DNA from: Raja brachyura
Taxonomy: Eukaryota
Direction: 5' to 3'
Assembly (NCBI GenBank): GCA_963514005.1
Contig: OY740792.1
Location: forward strand, 61,752,001-61,816,000
DNA length: 64,000 nucleotides
Every line of letters begins with the position of its first letter. The first letter of the stretch is position 1. A model generated the notes under the pieces. It made no database searches and was not told the origin of the DNA. It was given only the letters and a program-made list of their open reading frames with translations. A program made the position numbers and the translations under genes. Shown one piece after another: positions 35,901 to 47,900 of this stretch.

Positions 35901-38900
35901 GTTTAAGAAGGAACGGCAGATGTTGGAAACTCGAAGATAGACAAAAGTGCTGGAGAAGCTCAGTGGGTGCAGCAGCATCTATGGAATGAAGGAAATGGGC
36001 AACGTTTCAGGTGAAGCAGGGTTTCGGCCCGAAACGTTGCCCATTTCCTTCATTCCATAGATGCTGCTGCACCCACTGAGTTTCTCCAGCACTTCTGTCT
36101 ACCTATGAATTATAAATACTTGAGAACTTTAAGTACAAGCAAAATATGGAAAGTGGACTTTAAAATTCTCAAGAATGTCAATAAATTTAAACAATTTTTA
36201 ATAAATAATTACTGACAAACTCAATGCACAACAGAATTGAATTCCACCAATTCCGCACGCTTCTAACATGCAAAATTATAGGCAACCTTCACCAATATGC
36301 ATGCTCCAACTTAAAAATTACCCTCCTATCTGATAGAACAGAAAAGGGCAGTGTCATAACTGTGTACATGGAATACCAAGCTGTGTATAGGACATTTTCT
36401 TTATCTTCTGACAAATCCCAAACTGTCATTTGATGAAAGAATGGAGTGACTGAGCTTGTATACACTGGAGTTTAGAAGGATGAGAGGGGTTCTTATTGAA
36501 ACGTATAAGATTATTAAGGGATTGGACACGCTAGAGGCAGGAAACATGTTCCCGATGTTGGGTGAGTCCAGAACCAGGGGCCACAGTTTAAGAATAAGGG
36601 GTAGGCCATTTAGAACGGAGATGATGAAAAACTTTTTACCCAGAGAGTTGTGAATCTGTGGAATTCTCTGCCTCAGAAGGCAGTGGAGGCCAATTCTCTG
36701 GACGCTTTCAAGAGAGAGTTAGATAGAGCTCTTAAAGGTAGCGGAGTCAAGGGATATGGGGAGAAGGCAGGAATGGGGTACTGATTGTGGAAGATCAGCC
36801 ATGATCACAGTGAATGGCGGTGCTGGCTTGAAGGACCAAATGGCCTACTCCTGAACCTATTGTCTAAAGGATCAGGCAATTTTTGAACTGTTTATGAAGT
36901 TATGATTTCTATTCCAAGCATTAAAAATGCCCGAGATATTCTCCCAAGCTGGAGTGCTCACTGCTCTCTTGTAAGCGGAATTACAACTCTCATAATCAGT
37001 TTGCTCTCTGCAGCTATTTAACAGAATATTCAGCAGCAATATTGCATATCACAGTCTTCACACACTGAGTATCCTGAGAAGACTGATTAACAATACTGTT
37101 CAAATAGGCAGCAGATTGTGTACCTTAATGCTGAGTTCTTTCCGTGCTAACTCGATCTTGCTAAGCTCCCTTTGGAGAGCACTAATAGCTTCTTCCATGT
37201 CCTCTTTCTCCTTTTCCATTGTTTTTATTTTTTCGTGTTGTGCCTGGGACCTTTGTTGTAAATCTGCAAGTCATTAATAGACAGTTTAAGACCGGCGCCC
37301 AGAGAGAATAATGATCACGTTATAACCAAGCATATTCTTTTGCATTGGATATCTTGTCCACTGCATACTGCGTTACATTTCAGCAATATTTTCACTTTCA
37401 CCAAGTCAGAAAATTGCCAATCCTTAAACCTTCCAGTTCGTCAGGATGGTTTTTGACAGAACTCCAGATTGATGAAATATCAATCTCCCATTTCTGACAT
37501 GGCAATGACATCTGCAATTTTGCATGTGTGTTTTTTTTAAAAATCATAATTTTCTGTACATCTTCCCCTTAAGTTAAAAGACCCAGACCCAGGCTTTTTA
37601 AATTCATTTTTGCCCCTCAGTCATTTCCTTCAATCATTCCAATTACCATCATAACACCGTAAAAACCCAGGATACAAATGTAGAACAGTGTGTTCCAGTC
37701 ATTCCTGCTGTCAAGAACCTTAAAGAATACGGGGCAGATGGAACGTGTCCATGACAAAACCTGCTCCCGCACAAGAATTCAAACAACTTACAGAAGCAAC
37801 TGAAAAAAAAATTAAAAGCTGCCTTTGTCACTCATGTTTCACAGAGAAATCTTCCTCAGAAGAATTTCTTCTTGATCTAATATTTGTTTTATAAAAATAT
37901 ATTAATATTGAGATGGTATAAGATCTGGGGGTACCTGAACTATAATTAATCTGCAAATTTCATTGAACCACATGCATGAGTGTACCTGTGCGTTATGCAT
38001 CTAGGTACTTTTTATCTGTATAATGAATTGAACTGAGAGATTCTTGAGAACATGCTGTTTGTTCCAGGTTTTTGTATGCAAAGGAGAATACTATTTATAA
38101 TTCGTAGATCAAATTGTTTTTTTTACCCAATTTCGATTGTTATTCTAACAATCCACTTGCTATATGGTTACAAACCTCCACACCATCCCATAATAGGAAC
38201 AACTTCTCAAACGTGAAAGAGTCACATGAGGTGAAGGATAAGAAAGGTGGAAGAAAAGATGTACGGCATATTTCTGCAAATCAAATAAAACTCTAAACAT
38301 CCAGTGCCATGCCTCATATTCTATGGCATCTATTTTCTAAATCTAAAATTAGAAAAAACATTAAATGTAGCTCTCATGCTAATTGTCAACAGTTTTCCCC
38401 CAAATAAACCTTTATAAAAAAAGATATAAAATGAAATGTATATCAAACCCAATAATTTATTGTCCTTTTCCTGTAACTGGATGCACATCTCATTTTTCTG
38501 TGCTTCCAATTCCGCAAATTGAGCATGGCACCTGTGATCCAAAACAGAAAAGACAAGACATGTTGCTGTATTTCCCCCATCTGACAAACATGACATCAGG
38601 ATGTATGAATACCATGTCTAAACACACACCCTAAGATGGGCTTACCTGTCATTCTGTTGCTTAAGTGAATCAACTTGCTTTTTGAACATTTCACATTGCT
38701 TGCCCAATGATTTACATTCAATCTGAAGTTCTTTAAATTGCCTTTCAACATTATCAAGACTGCAAGGAAAATATTTATGGATTAATGATGAACTGATCAA
38801 AAATATGCAGACTATGAATAGTTACACTGATACAATTGTTCTCAGGAATGCCTAACTTTCCTCACAGTAGGTGTATTAAATATATTCCCACAGGTAACTT

Positions 38901-41900
38901 TACCCCTCATGTTCCTTCGCTGTTGTTTTGTTGTGCCTTTTTGTTGCTTGGTGCCCAATGTATTTATTAATGCTATTTTGAAAAAGGACGCAAGGAGATG
39001 GGCAAGAGTGGCCTGGGAGAAATCCCTCTCAATTCCATTTTCGTCCAAGCAACTGTTTGCTTTCCACATGAAGGAATCAAACCCATGTAACTATGCCATG
39101 CAGAAAACCCTCAACTATTCCATATGTACTCCGATGCCAAACCTGGGAACATTTTCAAGGCAGCTGGATATACCATCTATAAAGCAAAAATAAGCGAAAC
39201 CTACTTTTGAGAAAGATTTTTTGAAGTAATCTTTAAGGATTCGTGCTCGTCAGCTACAGTCTGTAGTTTACAATTGTGATGATACAGCTGTTCAATATCA
39301 GCCTTGGCACGGTCAGATTCCAGCAGCTGAGTCTTCAGCACTCCATCAAGTTCTTCATTTTTTCTCTCTGCTTCCATCAGAAGTGAGGCCAATTGTCGTG
39401 CCTACAGCTCAAAAACAAATACAACATCATTTATAAATTCCAACAATTCAGAATAAATGTATAGGACAGATCCTTGTACATTATATGCTAGACATGGCAC
39501 TTTAAAAAAACGTGCTAACTCGCCACTAGATGTCACTGGCTATTCTACGATCTCAGAATTAACTAAATCACCTCCAGTTTTTACCGCATCTTAGTTTCCA
39601 GATCATTAATAAACCCTTTCTCATGCGACAATACCAAATCTAAAACAGCCCGTTACTTCAGTTGTTCCTCAATATATTGCTTTAGAAAACCATATATTTC
39701 ACGTTCCATGGATTTGATCTCCACAAATAATAAAAAAAACATTACCTTTCTCTGCATCGCTTTTAAAATCCATTTGTGGTTGAAACGTACAGCAGTTATA
39801 ATCCGACAGTTCAAAGTTAATTTTTCTGCTAAATTTATCGCTTGAATTGCAAACGATAACTTAAACTAATGTACGGTTGTATCTGGTAAAGTTACGTATC
39901 AACATACCTCTGCCTCTGCATGGGCTCTTTGATAACGATACTGGGCAATCAAACGGTCAGCCTGTGCTAGGGCCAGTGCTTTAGCTTCCAACAAATCTTG
40001 TAAACGATTTTCTTTGGACTGAACAAAGAGGCGTATTAAATATTGTCAACATTGAAGCATGTTTCACAACAAGATTCACTGCAAACTCCAAAAATGCTGA
40101 CCCTCTTCGGCGACTGCCAGGGACTAGTGTTGATGGAATTCACCTACGACAACACCTACGACCGCAAATATTGTCGCCACTGTCGCCGAAATGTTGAAAA
40201 TCGTGCGCCAATCGCCTGTAGTCGCCCAAAAAAATAGCTTAAGTGGGACAGGCCCATCATTATTGTGAGGTAAAGGTGTCTTCAGCGAGGAAAGGTGTGG
40301 AAATAAATAAACAGAAAAGACTATGTTTCTGTTTTAGGAGATGAATTTTGAGGGGAAATTCCACTAAGCCTTCTGCACAAGGGCAGAAGTGCCAAACTCA
40401 CTGGCAGTTTTCACATTACTATGTCCATTAATAATGTCAATAGCAAACTAAAAATTAATGCTGTAATCCATGTTCATTTAAATGAGCAGACTGAATAAAA
40501 TATTCATCTGGAAGCATCAAAGACTGACGTTCATTTCCTGCATCAAAGGAGAAACTGCCCTTTCTACTTTGCATATCGCCTTTATGACTCTCATATTGCA
40601 ACGGTCATCAGGGATAGAGACAAATTGGTGGTTGCAGAAATACATCAGAAATACATGAGGACAGTAATTAAAATGATTAGGTAGACACAAAATGTAGGTA
40701 GACATCTCTCCATAGATGCTGCCTCACCCGCTGAGTTTCTCCGGCATTTTGTGTCTACCTTCGATTTTACTAGCATCTGTAGTTCTTTTTTAAACATTAA
40801 AATGATTAAAATTATATAGATAAACTCCACTCTCTTAAAATTGGAACTACGTGTAAATGAAATCTGGAGTCTGTTTTACTCAAAACCAGTGGAATAATCT
40901 CCCCAAATGATGGTAACTGCAATTAAAAAATTCCCATGATTTTTCTGCTTCAAATTTGTTTTAACATTTAATTAATACCACAGTATATGATAATGTCTTT
41001 AATCATTTTGTGGCACATTGGCTTTACCAGTTTTAAGCTTATGTGTCATTTCAATGGCACTTACTGCAAGGGAAGAAAGCTTCTGTTCATAGACATCCAT
41101 CACATCTGAAAGCCTAACATCCTTGACTTGTTCCTTCAGCTGTGAAAAAGATGCATTTATGTTGCCACATGTCATTTTAAGCAGCTTTACAAAAACGATC
41201 CAATTATAGCAAGATTGTTGAAAATAAAGGGGAAAAGTTGCAGGTGATCAGGATTCACATGTTCAAATAACATAACAAATAAACAGAGGGAGGACTCAAG
41301 GGCTTGTCCCACTTACGCAATTTTTTCGGCAACTGCCGGCACCCGTTATAGTCGCAGCAGGTGGACGAAAATGTTCTACATGTTGAAAATCCAGCGGCGA
41401 CTAGAAAAAGGTACGACTCTCTGGGCGACCATACAGGCGTCACCCAGCGACTGCTGCGACTATGAAGGGTGCCGGTAAGTCGCAGAAAAAAATCACGTAA
41501 GTGGGACAGGCCCTGTAGAATCATAGAAAATAAGTGCATGAGTAGGCTATTCGGCCCTTTAGCCAGCACCGCCATTCAATATGATCATGGCTGATCATCC
41601 AAAATTAGTACCCCATTCCTGCTTTTTCCCCATATCCCTTGATTCCGTTAGCCCTAAGAGCTATATCCAACTCTTTTTTAAAAACATCCAGTGAATTGGC
41701 CTCCACTACCTTATGTCGCAGAGAGTTCCAGTTTCACAACTTTCTGGGTGAAAAGGCTTTTCTTCATCTCTGTCCTAAATGGCCTACCCCTTATTCTTAA
41801 ACTGTGATTCCTGGTTTCTGGACTCTCCCAACGTCAGAAACATTTTTCCTGCATCTAGCCTGTCCAATCCCCTAAGAATTGTATATGTTTCTATAAGATC

Positions 41901-44900
41901 CCCTCTCTAAATTCCAGTGAATATAAGCCCAGTTGATCCATTATTTCATCATGTGTCCGTCCCGCCATCCCGGGAACTAACCTGGTGAACCTACGCTACA
42001 CCCCCTCAATATCAAGAATGTCCGTCCTCAAATTAGAAGACCAAAACTGCACACAATACGTACAAAATTCTTAAGGGGTTGGACAGGCTAGATGCAGGAA
42101 GATTGTTCCCGATGTTGGGGAGGTCCAGGACAAGGGGTCATGGCTTAAGGATAAGGGGGAAATCCTTTAGGACTGAGATGAGAAGGACGTTTTTCACACA
42201 CAGAGTGGTGGGTCTATGGAACTCTCTGCCACAGAGGGTAGTTGAGGCCAGTTCATTGGCTATATTTAAGAGGGAGTTAGATGTGGCCCTTGTGGCTAAG
42301 GGGATCAGAGGGTATGGCGAGAAAGCAGGTACGAGATACTGAGTTGGATGATCAGCCATGGTCATATTGAATGGCGGTGCAGGCTCGAAGGGCCGAATGG
42401 CCTACTCCTGCACCTAATTTCTATGTTTCTAATACTCCATGTGTAGCCTCACCAGGGCCCTATACAACTGCAGTAGGACCTCCTTGCTCCGATACTCAAA
42501 TCCTCTCGCTATGAAGGCCAACATGCCATTAGCTTTCTTCATTGCCTGCTTTAGCTACATGCTTACTTTCAGTGACTGATGTACAAGGACACCCAAGTCT
42601 CGTCGCACCTCCCCTTTTCCTAATCTGACACCATTCAGATAATAATCTGCCTTGTTCTTATATGGTCAATATGTTCTTGCATAAAGGAAATCAAGTTTGA
42701 CAATTTAATTAAAGTCGTTTTTTGATGATAGTGCCAGTATGGATACGGAAGTAATGGATGTGCAGCTTCAATAAATGATTTCAATAAGATTCCACGTGGT
42801 AGGTTGCTGAACTAGGCTAGCTTTTATCACAAGTGATTTGGGAATAAAAGTGACAAAGTCTTATTACAAATGTTCACAACATTGTGAAGAAGATATGGTT
42901 GAAACCATTGGACACACACTTCTTGCTCTCTGGCATACTGAGAGATGAACCCAGTAAACATGCCAATATCAATCAGCAATTAGTACCATCAAATACACGT
43001 CATTGATTGTAATCATAATTGTATATTGTGTAAACCCAGTCAATGTGTATACAGACCTCTGTTCCTAATTGCAACTTATTAATCAATTCATGAATATTTG
43101 ATCTGTTAGCATCGGCGGTGCTTGAACATTTTGGTGTTACAAAGTTTGCTGAATGCTGCTGCACGGGAATTTTCTTCATTATGTGATCACCATTCTGTTG
43201 CTTACATGCGTTATTGGCAGCAATGCGCTCTCCAAGCCTAAAACAATCACAACAGCGTCAATGTGAAACCCATCCTCTCAGCTCTTTACTGAGGGTGTAT
43301 ATAGCCAATCACAATGAGAATACTTTAAAAATTGACCAAACATAATGTTTAAAATTGACCAAACATAATGGCTATAACATCCAAAATTTACCATGTTAAA
43401 ATGAAGTAAAAACATTGAAAGTGAATGTTGAAAGTAATATACGGCAGAAAATTGATTTAATTCAATTTTTTATTGTATTTTTGTATTCTATTTAATAAAA
43501 ATTCTCTTCATCAATATGACCTACGTGTCTCCTCAGGCCGATCATTCTTTTCAATTACTGATGCCCCCAAGCCACAAATCAAGAACCTTCTCGCCATGTA
43601 TATCTCTCCAAACATCCAAGGTGGAGTATGTCGGCAACTCGGGGGCAAAGAGAGCGATGGGAGGAGGAGGATGTGGCGGCAGCGGTGGAATGGAGAGCGG
43701 ACAAAGCGGCGGATGACAGGAAGAAGCAGCAGCTGGTTTGAAGAGAGGGAGCTGCAGTGACTGAGCGCACCCTGTCGCTGGCAGCAACCTGCAGTCTGCA
43801 GAAAGCACTGACGCCATGGGCTACAACGTGAGCCGCAACAACCGCTGTGGCAACCAGACGCACCATGCGGTGGGTGAAGAGGGGCTCACTGGTGCACCTT
43901 GCGAGCCAGGCCTGGGGTCGAAAGCTGGGGTTGTAAGCGGCTGCAGAGGTGGTGTGAGCCGGGGTTGGCATGGGCAGGTCTGTCCGCTATAACCACAATC
44001 TGTTATAAAGGGGTCAGTTAAAACGAGGGTTGACTGTATTTTGAAATTATGATTTTTTTTAAGGTATTGTGGTTCATTTCTGTGGGGTCTGTATGTAACT
44101 ACAAACCATGCACTATTTGTAATCTTTGCTTTCAAAGAGGAATCACATTTATATTGTGTACTTTAAGTAGCAATTGCAAATGCTTAGCTTCCTGTTATTC
44201 TCTAGACAGTTAAAAAAATAAATTTAGATTCCCAAAGTACAATCAGATTTTCACTACTGGAAATGGTTTGCTTGCATGCACAATACTCCCATATACAGGC
44301 ATTATCTCACAAAATTACCTCAACTGAAGCAATATGTTTATTGATCCACCGTACTTGCAATATTGATACTCTGTATTTGTATCAAATAGTAACCATTAGC
44401 AACCAACAATAAAACGAGGTATCGCAGCACTTACATCATTGCTGGAAAATCAGGTAAAGGTGCCGCCTCAAACAGAATCCTTAACGCAAACTGGACATAC
44501 TCTCTGTGCTCGGATGACAATGCAAACGACAAAGCTGAGGTAAGCCGCTGGTCCTGGGCAAAACATTTGAAAAACTATAAAAAGCAGTCACGCCAAAGCT
44601 TCGTACCATTTTTGATCAACAATTCAGAATTTTCTTCATTTCTTCCAAATAAGTGCAAAGTAGGCAGGAATTCACAATAATCATAGCAAAATGTAACTGA
44701 CAATTTAAAAGTACCTCCTTATTAAAATGATCACCATCTACAATAGCTACATTAGGAGCAGAGAAAAATGAAAACAATAGATACTAATATCAGAACATAT
44801 CGATGGCTGTGACCTTTGATAATGAACAAAAAACCCCTGGGGAAAGAAAGGGCATTAGATTAACTGTTTAAGAGACCGCTGACATTATAAGAATAAGTTC

Positions 44901-47900
44901 TTAGAATAAAGGGGAGGTCATTTAAGACTCAGGTGAGAAAAAACGTTTTCACCCAGAGAGTTGCGAATTTATGGAATTCCCTGCCACAGAGGGCAGTGGA
45001 GGCCAGGTCACTGGATGTATTTAAGAGAGAGTTAGATAGAGCTCTAAGGGCTAGTGCAGTCAAGGGATATGGAGAGAAGGCAGGCACGGGTTATTGATTG
45101 GGGACGATCAGCCATGATCAGAATGAATGGCGGTGCTGGCTCGAAGGGCCTCCTCCTGCACCTATTTTCTATGTTTCTATTCTATACAAAAAAGAAAACA
45201 TTTTTGAATATCAAGATACTTTATAAAAAAAATACATGAATGCAAAGTTTCATCCCTGAATGAATTTCTGCTACATTAAAGATGCACAGCCAGGGAGAGC
45301 CTTTTAGCTACAATAGTTGACCTTCAACTGTTCCTTGGATGATCCATCTGCTTATACAATTATAGTTTTATTTGCAGCCGCCCTTAATTGTGCGCTGGGA
45401 CCTGCAAGATTTATTCCATTGTAGGTACAGTGTGTGGAAGCACACCAGCTTAGACCATATCATTCTCCACTGGGGCATTCGGGCTACCACATGTTGTGAC
45501 GCATGTTCTGGTTACCCCATAACGGGCCAGTATCCATCTCTCTCTGCAATGTGGACTGCAGAAGGCTAAGTTAATAATAATAATTGACATTGTGTTGTTA
45601 GTTTGATTGTTTGCACATATTTTGAATAAAATATTCTAACTTGCATTTCTTCACTTAGTCTGATGAATCTTCATAGAAACACTCAATTTGATGCTCTGTT
45701 GTGTCTCCCCCTCCCCCCCAGCTTAACAGGACACCATGCTGCATTGGATTGCTGATGACTCTTAGCTGCCATAGCATAAGCAATAAGCAGCATCAAGGAG
45801 ATTCGGAGGCTCCAGCTGCAGGCCGGTGGACGGTAACACCGGGAGCTCGCAGGTCACTGGTTTGAGACCGCTTTTCGGAGCTCCCACGGCGGCAACTTCT
45901 CCCGCCCGAGTTGCGGGGTCGAAAATGACCTGGAGCGGGGCCTTACATCGACCGGCGGGGCTTTAATGGCCGCGGGACTTGCTAGCGCCTGCCAGGGGCT
46001 CCAACTTCAACACCCGGAATGTGGCCTTGCATCGCCCGGCACGGCCTGAATGGCCGCGGGACTTATTTACCTTCGCCCGCCGGGGGCTTTAACTCTGACA
46101 TCGGGAGGAGAATGGGGAGTGCAGGGGAGAGATAAGACTTTGCCTTCCATCACAGTGAGGAGGAGATTCACTGTGATGGATGTTTGTGTAAATTGTGTTG
46201 TGTCTTGGTTCTTTTCTTGTTTGTATGACTGCAGAAACTAAATTTCGTTTGAACCTCAATGAGGTTCAAATGACAATAAACGGTATTATATTGTATCAAT
46301 TCACCAATGGTCACAACATCTGAGCCAATATTGTTATCTGCTACATTGGTTGCTGAAAATCACAATCATTGTCAAAGTAGTTCAAGAATTATCATGTTAA
46401 ATGCAAACTTTACATTTAAGTTGGTTATTAAACAGTTAACGAGACATTTCAAAGTACAAGTTTAAATTCACTCGTAATTTTTACCTGCAAAACCTTATAA
46501 AAGCTTGCTTCCATGTTCGGCACCAACTGTTTGACTCTGCTCATTACAGTAAGAGTCTTTAAGACAACATCTGTACCTATTTGACTGTTAACGTGCAGGA
46601 GTATGAGAAAATAAATACAAAATTATAAAGATGCTTTAAGCTAATTTCAGGTTCAAGTACCTCTCTTAATTTGGCTATAAATGATGATGTGCATAAAGAA
46701 ATCAGTACTACACGGAAGCAATTTAGAAAACGGAATCGCACAAATTAAATTTCTCTACCATGCAAACAAATCTGATTTAAAATAAATGTACAAGCCGCAT
46801 TTTCCCAACATAACAAAAATGATACAATAGCGTCTCGCTCTTTACTTTGAAACCATACAGCTATATAGTTTATGGCAGAGAATCATGAACTGACGCAAGG
46901 GCCCCTCTCCCCAGCAGTAAGGCTAAATTATTAATTTATCTATTTCCCTGGTTTTTAATATCCCAACATACTTATCCTTTTATTTTGGAAAGCTACTACT
47001 GAATCTGCTTCAACCATTTTTTCCACAGTACATTAAACCCATTGTTTTTAAAAACAAATGAGTATGTTCAGTCACCTCTGGTTCAAATGTCAATCATGTG
47101 AACTCAGAATTCTGATAACCGAGGTGTCACGGGAAACATTTTTCCCATTTTTTTTTTACTCTGTCACCCCAATTAGGGGTTGTAAACATTTATAAAGAAC
47201 TAACATGTAAATCCTCCCCGTAGGATTGCAACCTTGTCGTGGTCGGGGAGCTCGTGTGTCTCAGTGACCCCTAGAGCTATGCCGGCGGGAGATCCGTCCC
47301 GTTTGGGTCTCCCATGCTGGACAGGTCGAAGGGTAGAGGCGAGATGAAGAACGATCCACTGGTCCTCCAGGTTGGAGGTTGAGCACAGGGCTAACAACCC
47401 TGTCTCGTAAAACACATATGTTACAGAAACAGCAACTGAAGGAATCAACAAGGAGTGGAGGACCTTCGTTGCTGCCCTGCATGCCAGGAGGCATAATAGG
47501 CATCAGGGTCAGGTTAACATGTAAATCCTTCCTAAAATCTTAAATCCCAAAACGACTTTCAATTCTGTGTACTTAACTACAATATCTACAATATTTCCTA
47601 CCAGTTAATGGTGTGATCAAAAGAAAGTGTGAACCTATAGCAACCATGCATCGTATGAAGTGTCCAAGATATTTTTGAAGTGATGAACAAACATTCTATC
47701 ATGAGCTTATAGCATAATTACTTAAAAAGCTTCCACAAGAGAACCACTTCACATTTTAAGTGTTTGTTTACTTGTAAAAGGCAATCTAATCGCTTACCAT
47801 AGCTCCATATCTGCGACATTGGTCCGGTAACCGACTTCGATCCGATTGTATGCAAACTGATACTCCAGAATTGATACACAATTTCTGGCAGTGAGAACCT

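Noticed and set aside
43575-44038. GC-rich block in a CIP2A intron as a possible exon or CpG-island promoter
   Set aside because: It ends in a Tc1/pogo-like terminus (CGAGGGTTGACTG-TA) and the flanking CIP2A exons join without it; probably a TE remnant whose left end was not found
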